This document shows, piece by piece, positions 23,560-34,958 of a stretch of 64,000 nt of DNA. Source of the stretch: an uncultured Nitrososphaerales archaeon (GTDB lineage Archaea; Thermoproteota; Nitrososphaeria; Nitrososphaerales; Nitrososphaeraceae); contig CAVPXM010000061.1 in the NCBI GenBank assembly GCA_963709405.1, positions 32,001 through 96,000 of the forward strand. Direction: 5' to 3'. Each line of letters starts with the position of its first letter. Position 1 is the first letter of the stretch. The position numbers and the translations under genes are program-made. The notes under the pieces are model-generated. The model saw only the letters and a list, made by a program, of their open reading frames with translations. It was not told the origin of the DNA and did not search any database.

Positions 23560-24590
23560 GAGACCATTAGACAGTTGTATCAAATTATGTTAGGCAGAAC
23601 TCAACAATATCATTTGCCTGCTGTAGCTGATTTTTTTGATATGAATCCGTCATATCACTATTCACGGGATTTTGTACATAACACAAATAAAGGATTCATG
23701 AATTCTGTTACTGAATTATTGGAACTATATTCGAATATGAACCCAGAACTTGAGAAATGGTATTATCATACATTAGCAAAGTGATATATCTTCTGCCAAG
23801 CAATTCTTTCGTACTTTTGTAGCGCCTAATATCGCTTCAGGAATATGCCCATAGTCAGCATTTGGCAAATTCTCTGATTTCATTGAACAATCAAATTATA
23901 ATCCGAGATCTACCAACAGACACTGTGTCTATTATTCTCTTAAAAGAACATTGGAACAATTTGCAGATTTTCCAATTAAAACAAAAGAAGGCGAAGATAG
24001 ATTTCTTCTAGTGGCTGTCGATGTACAAACAGATGATGCTGTTACATTTGATAGCAATACTAATGAAGCGAAATACCATGATGAAGACATTGTATTCATG
24101 TGAGGTGTAGTGATCGAACATACGCTTGCAACTGGGACTTTTCCGGGCTTTTTTTGACTATCCAAAGTTCAAAGTCAATAAGCATTGAGGAACATATCTT
24201 TTGGGACGGCTGGTTTAGAAGTATACTCCGCTAAGGGAAGTAATACAGACACATAGAGATTATTGGTATAAGATAAGAAAAGACACAAAAGAAGAAGAGG
24301 AGGATGAAGATAGACTTGAAACTGATGTGCCAGACTTAGAGGTGTATATAGCTGATTTGTGGCCTTCAGAACTTAAGGAAAAGCGAGTTTTTTGATGATC
24401 TCGACTTTGTAGTAAATAGAAAGTCAGGCATAATGTTTGGTAATAGAACAGACTATGATGAACAGGTACGTTGTGACTGATTATATTGATTTGGCTAAGC
24501 AATTAAAGAACCTTAAAGAATCAAAGAAGCGGGGTTTCCCCGGATGAGATAAATCATATTTTGGATCGGTATGCAGCTAGTAAGAATACA
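23560..24590 (+). pseudogene. Patatin-like phospholipase, degraded
   Basis: LKRTLEQFADFPIKT..RFLLVAVDVQ..VTFDS, IEHTLATGTFP, IFWDG, TPLREVIQ and DLEVYIADLWP, with stops and shifts. Confidence 0.75.
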
Positions 24591-24660
24591 ACAGTCCAAA
24601 CATACTAATGCACAATATTTTTCTAATTTCTTCTCATATCTAACTAAAAGTTTTCTGAGT
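24590..24660 (-). mobile_element. Small fragment of an IS5 element related to 42350..43247
   Basis: Reverse complement CAGAAAACTTTTAGTTAGATATGAGAAGAAATTAGAAAA matches 43141 onward (RKLLVRYEKKLE). Confidence 0.8.
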
Positions 24661-25588
24661 GAGTGTATGGAGAATTTTTGGTAAAAAAATACTGCGTTGA
24701 CATTGTTGAACAGGCCTTCTGATATTTCTTGCTAGTTATAGCATAGTTTTTTATCATCTTCGCTAGGCGCCACTCTCTACATTTAATCTTTCAATCCAGA
24801 CGTTAGTAGAATACACTCTTTTCCAATATTATTATAGCAGATTTTAGATTGAGCATTATCATTAGCCAAGGAATGTTATGGAATGAAACTGGATCTGTTA
24901 ATAAATGCTATCATAGTTGATGATGCTATTAGGCGTGTGTCTGAGAACTCCAAACATCCTCATAAAATACAATATATACGGGCTTATTCTACCTATAGAA
25001 TCAAGACAGTTATAATAGTGGCTAATTTATAATAGTTATTTCAAAGATAATAGTGTAATTCATAAAAAACCACAGAGGTAGCTGATTTTTCTCATAACAA
25101 AAAGGGACACGATCGGTTACGAAGACGATAAAATACAGTAAAATCTAAGTCCTAAATGCGTGTAAATATGTCAAAAAATGTAGCCTATCTCAATAGATGC
25201 ATACGATGGTATTCCTTCTTGGACTCTTTCATCGGAGACATTCCTTTCAGATCGGATAGGTGAGTCGCTACAAAAAACAACTACTAATGGTAGACTGATT
25301 CCAAATGCAAAAATATGCTCTGTCCCTTATTTTTTTTGGTTAATTTTTAGATGAATACAATAAAAGTATAATGGGGGAGATAAAGAGTTAAGGATTTCTA
25401 TTCTTCTGTTTAGACATTACATGAGTCATTGCCTTGGTGACATACCTTATGAATCTAACTTAGATGTTTAGGTTATCTTAATTTTCTGCAGAACTTCAAT
25501 TACTTATTCTCAAGTTGAAATTCAGTATTTGGTCTTAGCACAAGTTAAAATTCAGCACACAATACGTTGAAAAACCTTATAATTATCT

Positions 25589-26032
25589 GTGAGCCAAATT
25601 GCAGTTGCAGCTACTATATGTGCAACGACAATAACACCAAAATTATTTCAACAACAGGCTATAGCACAAGGTGCACCAAACTTAGTACAAGGTGAACTTA
25701 CTGCTGCTTCAGGTAGTAAACCATTTGGAGGAGAAAGGGTTGGATCCTATGCGATTCAACCACAAGCACAAATGTTAAGCATCCTTGTAGGTTTAGAAAA
25801 GGCACCATCTGCTGGAAAGGTCTTTAAAGCATGGCTTGTAGACACAAAGGCAAGTTCCTATCTAAGTTTGGGTGAGGTAAGCGCAGATGGCAAACTTACC
25901 TTTAATCAAAATATTGGCAAACCACACGCATATAATCAAATACTCATATCTGAAGAATCACCCAACAGTTCAACTCCAAAGCCTTCTCAGATTATTGGTG
26001 GTGATGCTCTTCGAGCTCCATTTGGGACCTAA
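25589..26032 (+). CDS. Secreted protein with anti-sigma-K (RskA C-terminal)-like domain
   Basis: GKVFKAWLVD..YLSLG..ILISEE pattern; the 5' end may be damaged. Confidence 0.55.
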   Translation: MSQIAVAATICATTITPKLFQQQAIAQGAPNLVQGELTAASGSKPFGGERVGSYAIQPQAQMLSILVGLEKAPSAGKVFKAWLVDTKASSYLSLGEVSADGKLTFNQNIGKPHAYNQILISEESPNSSTPKPSQIIGGDALRAPFGT

Positions 26033-26334
26033 TCTTATTTTTTTGAAACTCTTTTTACTCAAGTTCAACTTACGTAATAGAACGAAGCATGTTGGTATGG
26101 TTGGCAAACCGGTAGAGAAAGGATGATTGAGAAGTAATGACAGGCAAAGTTTTGAACCATATTATTCTTCACTCTAATTTAGTTTTTTTACATCAAACCT
26201 GATGGTAATAGTGACAAACAAGAACAACAACTAGATTTTGTTGTAGGCCTTACTCGTATCACCATCTCTAATTTGATTTACAGATTTTGTATAGTGCTGA
26301 AAGCATAATCAAAAACGAACCTTCTAAGCTGAAA

Positions 26335-26610
26335 CTATAAGATGACCTTTTCTCCTTTTTCTGAAGTAGATGTCCTAATTGCTTGGTCTATGGTCGACAC
26401 AAAAATAACACCGTCTCCATGTTGACCTTCTACTGTTTTGGCAGCCTCCGTAATTGTCTGAATAACAGAATGTAATTGTGAATCCGGGATAACGATTTCA
26501 AATTTTGCTTTTGGAATAAGATCAAATGCAACTGGTTGTCCTCTGACTGCAGATGAAAGTTGTCGGTTGTCCACCAATTATAACCACTCCCATTGCTGCC
26601 ATAAGTGCTG
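26335..26610 (-). pseudogene. P-II family nitrogen regulator, N-terminally disrupted
   Basis: PKAKFEIVI..HGDGVIFVSTIDQAIRTSTSEKGE (B-/C-loop). Confidence 0.8.
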
Positions 26611-26830
26611 CAAAGCTTTCAACTTTATGATATCCAAAATGGGACCATCTTTATTTCAGAAGTATTATCAAAGGAGCAATGTGAAGCTCCTAGTCTAGCA
26701 TGAAATCGCTAGCGATATCTACTACCTATATCGTAATAAGTTAACAGGGCCGACTGAAACAAACATAAGCTCCACTATAAAGAATATTAATCTAAAAGTG
26801 TTAATAAGTAGCTGGAACATGTACATATAT

Positions 26831-27484
26831 GTGATGGCTAGTAATAGATTTGTTGTCGTAATAGGTATGTGTGTTATCATCATAAGCGGGATTGTTTATG
26901 TTACATCTCTGGGTAATAATAATAATAAATTCATGGTTTTTGCACAAGTGAATTCACAAGAAAAATCAAGCGCAATAATATTAAATTCTGCCAATGGTAT
27001 GAACAGTAACCCACTTAATGCGGCTGTAAATAGTTTGAATTTTACTAGCGCAGCAGGAAACATTGCAAGTTTACAAAATAATGCGAGTGGTAGACAAGCA
27101 TGGCTACTTTCAGGTACATGGGAGATGTTAGTATTCAAACCAAGGTTTGAAGAAAATAAAATAAAACCACCCACAGTTACTTTCGATTCTATATTTGACA
27201 TGGTGCGCTTAAATGGGGCAGCAAAACACGGACATACAATATCTTTGTCAGATTTCAATCTAACTAGTGTCAATAATTTTATGAATAGCACTGATCATGT
27301 GTCAAGGAGTACATTTAACGGCACATCTAAAATAACTATGCAAGGCAGTTCACAGAATAATGTGCCAACTAGCATAAAGATAATGGATGAAGGTACAATA
27401 AGCTTGTGGATTGATCCAAGCAAGATTAACAACCACTTTGGAAATACCCCAATATATGGCATAATATCGAAGCTATCAGGTTAG
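26831..27484 (+). CDS. Secreted hypothetical protein (Nitrososphaeraceae family)
   Basis: Signal/TM region, GNIASLQN..WLLSGTW, HGHTI and ISLWIDPSKINNHFGNTPIYG. Confidence 0.75.
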   Translation: MMASNRFVVVIGMCVIIISGIVYVTSLGNNNNKFMVFAQVNSQEKSSAIILNSANGMNSNPLNAAVNSLNFTSAAGNIASLQNNASGRQAWLLSGTWEMLVFKPRFEENKIKPPTVTFDSIFDMVRLNGAAKHGHTISLSDFNLTSVNNFMNSTDHVSRSTFNGTSKITMQGSSQNNVPTSIKIMDEGTISLWIDPSKINNHFGNTPIYGIISKLSG

Positions 27485-27707
27485 TAAGCTCTGTAAAGTT
27501 AAGATATTTTCTCCTTGCTATAACGATATGCAACTAGATTTAACCATTTTTGTACGTGCTTCAACTTGCAATTTTTCTTTCTAGATGGAAAATAATCGTC
27601 AAAACATTCAGTTCTATCCTTTATGTTGTTTTATTTTTGCTATTTATATCGCTTCTATACAAAATATTGACAAAACATAATGGAAATTAATTTAAAGTAG
27701 CAGTTAA

Positions 27708-28271
27708 TTGTATATTGATGATAGAAGATTGAATATCGATAGTGCAGCAATAATAACTCTAACAATGACTTCTGTTGCTGCTATTGTCATTGGAACATTG
27801 ACATTGACATCTATACCAGAGACGATAATGCCGGGAATGAATAACGGTTATTCACATATTGCTGGAGCTCAATTGCAAAATCCTACTTCATCGATGTCAA
27901 CAACATTAAAGAACCAGATCAATACAACAGCTTTTTTAGGAGCTCCAACTAATAAGACAATTTATTTATTTTCATCAAAACATCAAGACGTTAATGAAAC
28001 ACAATTACTAATTCCATCAGATTCATTTTCTCCCTCTGAGATATCAGTCAATAAAGGTGATACTGTAAATATAGTCTTCTATAATCTTGAACAACCACCA
28101 AAAGGCGATAGACATTCGTTCACAATTGGCACACCATACAGCATAGACAAGGATTTGGCACCAGGACAACACGCTACAATTACTTTTAAAGCAACCGAAG
28201 GTGGTGTCTTCCAGTTCTTTTGCAAATACCATCAACCAACTATGAGGGGAGACTTCATAGTATTACCATGA
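27708..28271 (+). CDS. Cupredoxin (type-1 blue copper) domain protein
   Basis: N-terminal TM; ligands in RHSF...FFCKYHQPTMRG. Confidence 0.9.
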   Translation: MYIDDRRLNIDSAAIITLTMTSVAAIVIGTLTLTSIPETIMPGMNNGYSHIAGAQLQNPTSSMSTTLKNQINTTAFLGAPTNKTIYLFSSKHQDVNETQLLIPSDSFSPSEISVNKGDTVNIVFYNLEQPPKGDRHSFTIGTPYSIDKDLAPGQHATITFKATEGGVFQFFCKYHQPTMRGDFIVLP

Positions 28272-28290
28272 TGAGATAATAGATCGTAGC

Positions 28291-28587
28291 TCAATTCTCA
28301 GCATACTTAGCATTTATAGTGTTATTTAAATCCGCGCCCATCAGACCAAGTACTTTTTCAAGGCCTTCTTTTGTTATATTAATTAATACAAAATCTGCAC
28401 CACTGACCTTCATAGCGATCTTAATCAGATTCAAACTCTCTAATTGATATAAGTAATTGTAGACTTCGTCCTTAGGTAGATGACTATTCTCTATAACCTT
28501 CGTATCATGTACAAGATTAGTGTTATTACCGTTTGTCTTCTCTGCAACAATGTTGAGAATTTTCATCATTCCATCGCTTATTGACAT
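28291..28587 (-). CDS. Small winged-helix-like hypothetical protein
   Basis: YLYQLESLNLIKI...INITKEGLE wing pattern. Confidence 0.6.
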   Translation of the reverse strand: MSISDGMMKILNIVAEKTNGNNTNLVHDTKVIENSHLPKDEVYNYLYQLESLNLIKIAMKVSGADFVLINITKEGLEKVLGLMGADLNNTINAKYAEN

Positions 28588-29001
28588 TGGGTTTAAATGG
28601 CCTTTAAGCGCTGCTTAATCTTTTGGTATTAGAAGTTATAATGCAGGATACTTTCATTTCTGAATTATCTCAAACTTTGTACCATAATAAGGACAGAATT
28701 TTATGACATAGATATATGGTACAGTTTCGAATCAGACACAAATATTTCCAGCATCATCAATACCCTTTCTGTCGATGGGCTTCAGTATTCCTTGCGAACG
28801 AAACTTTTCATCAGCAATATGTCATAAGTAGGTCAATATACCAAACAGCAATCAACAGGATAAAGACACAAATTTGTATTACTATCGTAGATACCAAAAT
28901 CATATCCTAGAAAAATTCTTCATAAATAAACTTCAAAGCAATTAACATGAATAGGCCGATAAAGTGCATTGAAAAATAAGCTCCTTTTTCAATCTAGTAA
29001 A

Positions 29002-30516
29002 CTATCCACCAGCATAAGGTATATTCACTGTATTTGTTCCAACAATGCCTAGCATATTGGAATTCTTGGGCAGAAATAATGTGATCTCCCTATAATCTAG
29101 CTTTCCTACTCCTGCTTTTCCCCCTTGTTTTTGTTCCTGATACTGTATTGGATTTCCATTAACTAATACCTTAAACATTATGTCATTACCTTTGTTATCC
29201 CTTGCATCGAGCATAGCTCTTGGAATCCTTAATGCAAGTTCGCCTCCATCTGGTGAGCTTACCTTCATTGTTATAGCCTTTGTCTTAATATCTGCAAGCG
29301 ACTCTGAGACCTGAACGTCCTGTCCATGTGCTGTAATAACTCCTATTGCTGTAGCAGCTGGAGTATCCTTTGCTATTACTGGAATTGTAGTTGATATTGC
29401 ATTCGGACCTATTACAAAGACATTATTTGCATACTTGGTAGATACATATAGTGTATGGCTAGCTGGATTAGACACTATATCTTGAGGTATTAGTTCTGTG
29501 CTGCCTCCTCCTCCTCCAACTCCAATCATATCGATAGTATTAACAATTGTATTTGTTCTGCCATCTATCTTTACAATTTTGGGCTGATCCATATAGGAAG
29601 CATAGATCATATGCTCATTATCATCCACTGTTATAGCCTGTGCAGGAGATCCTATTGGAATCTTTGTAATTACCTTCTGTGTTGGAATATCCACAACAGT
29701 AATGTAATCAGTTCCTATGCTAGCAACGTATGCTAATTTCTTTTTGTTATCAATACCTAATCCCCAAGGAGCTGCACCAGTTGATATTGTGTTTAATATT
29801 TGATTTGTCTTTGTAGAGATAAAAGTTAATCCATCTCCAGCAAGGCTTGTAACCAATAAAATACCATTGTCAGGATCAACCTTTACGTTAATTGGATGTA
29901 CCGGAACTGATATGGTTCCAACTGCTTTATCCGTTCTTGTGTCTATTATATCAATTAGATTAGCGTTATAATTAGCTACATACAACATTCCATTGTTATG
30001 ATCATAGGCCATTGACCAACCTCCTGTTATAAAGGATAATGATAGAGGACCACCATTATTTTGTTCACTGAGTGGTGGTGGGGTAAGCACAATTTCACTA
30101 TTAGGTAAAGGGATTATTCTAGTTAGATTTTTTGTATTTGAATCATAAACTTCTAGTACTCCTCCTTCAAAAGGTGCTACATATAGCTTCTGTGGAATAG
30201 CTTCAACTGCCATTACTCCTGTCGTGGTACGTGTGTTAATATCACCAATAAGCTTGTTGGATGTGGTATTGATTGTTGAAACTATTGGTAAACCAAAATT
30301 AGATACGTACAGTAATTGGGAACTGTCGGATGATAAAGATAATCCCATAGGTCTGCTTGGGGTAGGTATCTGAGCAATGATATGATGTGCGTATGCCATG
30401 TGCCTGCTGGAGAAGTTGTTGTTATTAAATGATGCCATTACTACTGCCGCTGTCACAATAATGATTACAACCAAAACAGCCAGAATAAAGTTGGTTCTCT
30501 CATTTTTCATATCCAA
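29002..30516 (-). CDS. Secreted YncE/YVTN beta-propeller protein with C-terminal archaeal surface domain
   Basis: Repeated LYVSN/LYVAN/AYVAS blades, signal anchor and C-terminal LRIPRAMLD..FKVLVNG. Confidence 0.88.
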   Translation of the reverse strand: MDMKNERTNFILAVLVVIIIVTAAVVMASFNNNNFSSRHMAYAHHIIAQIPTPSRPMGLSLSSDSSQLLYVSNFGLPIVSTINTTSNKLIGDINTRTTTGVMAVEAIPQKLYVAPFEGGVLEVYDSNTKNLTRIIPLPNSEIVLTPPPLSEQNNGGPLSLSFITGGWSMAYDHNNGMLYVANYNANLIDIIDTRTDKAVGTISVPVHPINVKVDPDNGILLVTSLAGDGLTFISTKTNQILNTISTGAAPWGLGIDNKKKLAYVASIGTDYITVVDIPTQKVITKIPIGSPAQAITVDDNEHMIYASYMDQPKIVKIDGRTNTIVNTIDMIGVGGGGGSTELIPQDIVSNPASHTLYVSTKYANNVFVIGPNAISTTIPVIAKDTPAATAIGVITAHGQDVQVSESLADIKTKAITMKVSSPDGGELALRIPRAMLDARDNKGNDIMFKVLVNGNPIQYQEQKQGGKAGVGKLDYREITLFLPKNSNMLGIVGTNTVNIPYAGG

Positions 30517-31746
30517 ATATCAGATGCTGTATTATCCATCCTTCTACCATTTATTGTTATTCTTATTTTGGAATCAAAAGATATCATATATTCGGTTTGA
30601 GAAGCATTATAACCTCTATCCATGAAAGTGTCATATTCTATATGTTATTTCTTTTGTTTTTTATTCTCCTTCCAATCAGTTGAGAAAATGATCAGTAGTC
30701 TAGCAGATTGTCTAATCACAAATACGAGATTATTCATGCTGACACTCAGGATGAAAGAGGGCTTGAGCTCTATGTACGACATCACTTGTAAAAGGCCTCA
30801 ATTTGAGATTAATCTGACTATGGAAGTTCAGAATCAGAATACACCCAGCTAAGTATTAGAATTGAATTTTCTATTCTCTTCTTTGCTAGATACGGAAAAT
30901 ATTTTGCGGAAACCATGGTGTCATGATCAATCTTCTTAATACAGAAAGGATCATCTGGCAAATAAAAATCTATATTTAAAATAATGAAAATAAGATAAGC
31001 TACCAACTAGGAGTTTGTGATCAAGATATGTTGGGAGATTAAATTGGTGAAGACAAAGCACAAGTCGAAGGATATTAGACATTCAAGATGAGATACCAAA
31101 AATGGAAACTTCTTTCCCTACAATTTGAGATTTTAAAGACGTAGAAACTACCTAGACAGGGACGTAATGCTCCACTCCAAAGCCTAGTGGAGGAATATAC
31201 TGCCAAGGTCAAGAACTGTTAATGAGGACAGATGAACAGATGTAGAAATACAGCTCTGAATATCCTCATTAATTTCAAAGTTAAAGGTTTTTACAAAACT
31301 CAATTAAAGCAAAAGTGAACTATTAGGTACCAGGCCATTTCTGTTGACTAGAATCTGTTTTGTTGGTGATGGCCTTATTTTTTAACAGATTAACTAGAGC
31401 ACTATCTCCTTTTGTTCGACTACAGAAAGACCTAGTAGGTTATCTGATGTATTTATTTGTACATACTGTGTGTGTTTATAGCTCTGTTACTTATGGTTGC
31501 TGTCTTCTCTCGATTTCCTGTTATTGTTGGAAGATAAGACTTAGTAATGGAATTTGAAAGACTTGAATGCGAGTTTAGGTGGATTTTTAAGCTTATCGTG
31601 ATGCAAATCATCTAAAATTCTCATATGTGAGCGAGTTCACTCCAAATAGAATGAGTTATTAAATATCTTAAAAACCTAATAAATATTATTAGGAACTAAA
31701 AAGATTATTTATTATTTAAGCATATTAACTGATAAAGAGGCTCTTC

Positions 31747-32428
31747 GGCTCTGTAAAGTTAAGATAACAAATTATTGTTATGATGACTAACAAATAGATC
31801 CAACCATTTTTGTATGTGTTGCAATTTACACTTACTTTTTCTACAAGGAAAATAATCATCGAAATATTCTGTTCTATCTTTGATGTATTGTACCGTCCTT
31901 TCTATGATACTTTTCTCATATGGAGAATGGATGTGATGGTGCAGTCTCAAGAATCTACAAGCCTGTGGATACCATGTACCTCCATCAGTTGAAACAGGAT
32001 AGATGTTCTCCATATCTTTTTACAAGGTTTAATATAAAACGTTCTGCAACAAACATGTTTCTCTCTTTTGATATGCTTATTTGAAGGATTTCTCGGTTAT
32101 CATTCATTTTCAATGGCTATCCATAACCAGATATATTCGGAACCAACTTTAATGATAGTTTCATCAATTATAAATTCAGTAATACGTATCTATCTTTCTG
32201 GAACTTAACATCTCTGGTTTATATTTTTGAATCCAGTCTCTGATGGCAGTATGACTTCTTTTAACAAATCTAGACACAGCTTTGGAAGTATTTCTTAATG
32301 AAAGACCAAGGAAATACAGATACAGAGAATATGCTATATCCTCAGGTTCTGTTCTCTTTCTTATTTGACACATCATAACCTATATCGGAGTCATAAAGCT
32401 ATAGATTTTTCCTTAACTTTACAGAGCC
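31747..32428 (-). mobile_element. IS6-family element, copy 1 (frameshifted transposase)
   Basis: 17-bp TIR GGCTCTGTAAAGTTAAG at both ends; IIDET, STDGGTWY and IIER motifs; no flanking direct repeat. Confidence 0.93.
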
Positions 32429-32429
32429 G

Positions 32430-32749
32430 GAAATAACGAATACTATCCAGAGCAAGTTAAATGGTTCTCAGTAAATGTAGGCAAAGAGAGACGCAGTAAG
32501 GAGATGAATATTGATATTGCAGAATATCTAGAAGAAGAAGTCAAACAGCTAATAGAAAGTGCTCCTATTTTACAAAAGAAGGCATTCCTAGCATGCATGT
32601 ATGAGAGTGGCGCTCATCCTGAGAAGTTTTTAAGGCTTACCAATTTAGATATAAAATTGGATTCTAAAGTGGCTATCTTCATTCTTAGAGGAAAAACAGG
32701 AGAAAGGAGAGGGTCAAAGCATTTTCATATGCTAAATTCCTTAAAATAG
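32430..32749 (+). pseudogene. Tyrosine recombinase/integrase internal fragment abutting IS6
   Basis: YPEQVKW..YLEEEVKQLI..KAFLACMYESGAHPEKFLRL..D..LRGKTGERR (box I with Arg replaced by His); box II missing. Confidence 0.8.
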
Positions 32750-32826
32750 GGTCAATAGTAACTGCAACTAATATTCCTGTCTATTATCTATTCATTACTT
32801 TCTTATTTGGTAGAATATAACACGAA

Positions 32827-33552
32827 CTATGATTTTTTTGATATAAACATCCTTCTGAATATGAAGGCAACTATTGACGTGCCTATAAATGTAGCCGACC
32901 AATAGAGCCATAAATTGTTCAAGACTCCAGAGACGAGTGCAGGAGCTAGAGAGCGAGCAGGATTCAGTGAAGCGCCAGATATAAACGCTAGAAAGAATAT
33001 ATTTAGTCCAACCATACCCCCTATAACAATACCGCTAAATCCTCTTAATCCTCTAGTATAGACAACTACAAAGATAACCGCCATTAGCATTGCAGAAGCG
33101 GCAATTTCAACTCCAATTATTACTGGTATAGGGAATGCATAATTTGGAGCATTTGCTCCTAGGTTGGCCTCACTACCTATTGCAAATTTTACAAAAATAC
33201 TCCCAAGTAAGGCACCTATTATCTCTGCCGAAAAGTAATAAAATAACTGGATTCTTGTTATATGTTTAGTAATAAGAAACCCTAATGTCACAGCAGGATT
33301 GAAATGAGCCATAGATATCTTTCCAAATAAGTAGACTCCTACAGCAACTCCTATAAATGGAGCAAATGCAATGAAAGGGATACCTAATATTCCGTTTAAT
33401 CTGGCGTTAATTACCACTGAACCTGTTGCAAGAACTACTACAATGAATGTGCCAATAATTTCTGCAAAAAATATTCTTTGGTTAGGAGTTAATCTATTTG
33501 TTATCTTCGTCAGTGTTTTCTGTTCCAATCTTAGAGACACAAAATCAATCAA
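32827..33552 (-). CDS. MIP/aquaporin channel in arsenic operon
   Basis: AHFNPAVT and ASLNPARS motifs; 6 TM. Confidence 0.95.
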   Translation of the reverse strand: MIDFVSLRLEQKTLTKITNRLTPNQRIFFAEIIGTFIVVVLATGSVVINARLNGILGIPFIAFAPFIGVAVGVYLFGKISMAHFNPAVTLGFLITKHITRIQLFYYFSAEIIGALLGSIFVKFAIGSEANLGANAPNYAFPIPVIIGVEIAASAMLMAVIFVVVYTRGLRGFSGIVIGGMVGLNIFFLAFISGASLNPARSLAPALVSGVLNNLWLYWSATFIGTSIVAFIFRRMFISKKS

Positions 33553-33607
33553 TCAATCAATCAATCAATCAGGTCGAAACTGTGGATTAATAAAGATGTG
33601 ATATCTA

Positions 33608-34054
33608 TCAGTCAACATCTTTAGGTAGGCTTGCAGTCAATTCCTTTACTCTCTCTTCAATCTCATCTCTAATTTCTCTTACTTTTTCTATTGATTTACC
33701 CTTTGGATCTTCTATTCCCCAGTCTACAAGATTGGGGACGAACATAGTAGGGCACCAGTCCTTTTCCATACATCCCATATTCACGATCTTGGTAGAGTTT
33801 CTCATCATGTCTTCAGTCATATCTTTAGGTCTTTGCTTGTTGATGTCTATTCCTACTTCCTTCATTGGTTGAATTGCAATTGGATTTATTTCTGAAGTGG
33901 GTTTGGTTCCAGCACTTAATGGTTCATAGCCTTCGGGAGCATATTTTCTAAAGAATCCTTCAGCCATCTGACTTCTGGCGGCATTTTGTATACATACAAA
34001 TAGAATTGTGTGCGTTGCCTTTGATTTACTACTACTGCCAAATGAAAATTTCAT
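33608..34054 (-). CDS. arsC: Arsenate reductase, LMW-PTP family (copy 1)
   Basis: CIQNAARSQMAEG, MGC..WCP and DWGIEDP; lies between arsM and the aquaporin. Confidence 0.9.
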   Translation of the reverse strand: MKFSFGSSSKSKATHTILFVCIQNAARSQMAEGFFRKYAPEGYEPLSAGTKPTSEINPIAIQPMKEVGIDINKQRPKDMTEDMMRNSTKIVNMGCMEKDWCPTMFVPNLVDWGIEDPKGKSIEKVREIRDEIEERVKELTASLPKDVD

Positions 34055-34081
34055 AATCCAAATTCTCCTCTTCTTCAGATC

Positions 34082-34888
34082 TTACTGCTTTACTGCTTTT
34101 ATTACCAAACTCGTAATTCTTCTGCCTTCCACACTATCCCCGTCCAGATACAATTTCTCTTCCAATACTTCTACATCTGAAAATCCTGCTCTTCTAATAC
34201 TATCAAGATAGTTTTCTTTTGTTAATGCACCATCTATACAACTACACCACTTGTCAGGATCGATTGATTTTTTATCTATCTCCTTATCTGTTACCAAATC
34301 TGAAATTATCATTCTACCGATTCCGTTGGGTTTAAGAATTCTGTATACCTCTTTGAATGTGTTAACTTTATTAATTGTCAGATTAATAACACAATTGCTA
34401 ATAACAACATCTATACTATTATCTTCTACAGGTATTCTTGTTTCTATGTCTCCTTTTCTAAACTCTACATTCACATAACCATTTTCTTTCGCATTGTTCC
34501 TTGCTTTTTCTAACATTTCGTCTGTCATATCAATACCAATTACTTTACCCATTTTTCCAACTCGATTTGCTGATAAAAATACATCAATTCCAGCCCCAGA
34601 ACCTAGATCCACTACTATATCACCCTCTTTAATATGTGCAAACTTTGTTGGAGCACCACATCCAACTCCAAGAATGGAAGATTCTGGAATTGATTCTAGT
34701 TCATTTGTGTCGTATCCAATTATTTTTGCAGATTGTATAGGCGAGGCAGATGTATTATGATCATTTTTATTATTATCGTCATCTACTTGACAACATTCTC
34801 CAGGCATACAACAAGAATCAACGTTACTTAATAATGCTATCTTTCCATATCTTTCTTTGACTTTTTCTTTAATATCTTGTTTATACAT
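34082..34888 (-). CDS. arsM: Arsenite S-adenosylmethionine methyltransferase
   Basis: N-terminal CC pairs, LGVGCGAP, VVDLGSGAGID, VISNCVINL and WCSCIDGAL. Confidence 0.95.
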   Translation of the reverse strand: MYKQDIKEKVKERYGKIALLSNVDSCCMPGECCQVDDDNNKNDHNTSASPIQSAKIIGYDTNELESIPESSILGVGCGAPTKFAHIKEGDIVVDLGSGAGIDVFLSANRVGKMGKVIGIDMTDEMLEKARNNAKENGYVNVEFRKGDIETRIPVEDNSIDVVISNCVINLTINKVNTFKEVYRILKPNGIGRMIISDLVTDKEIDKKSIDPDKWCSCIDGALTKENYLDSIRRAGFSDVEVLEEKLYLDGDSVEGRRITSLVIKAVKQ

Positions 34889-34958
34889 GCCAGTAAGATA
34901 TGTTTACAAGAGAAACTATTTAAGTTGTCAAGAGAAGTCTAGTAAAGTAAGTGTAGTT

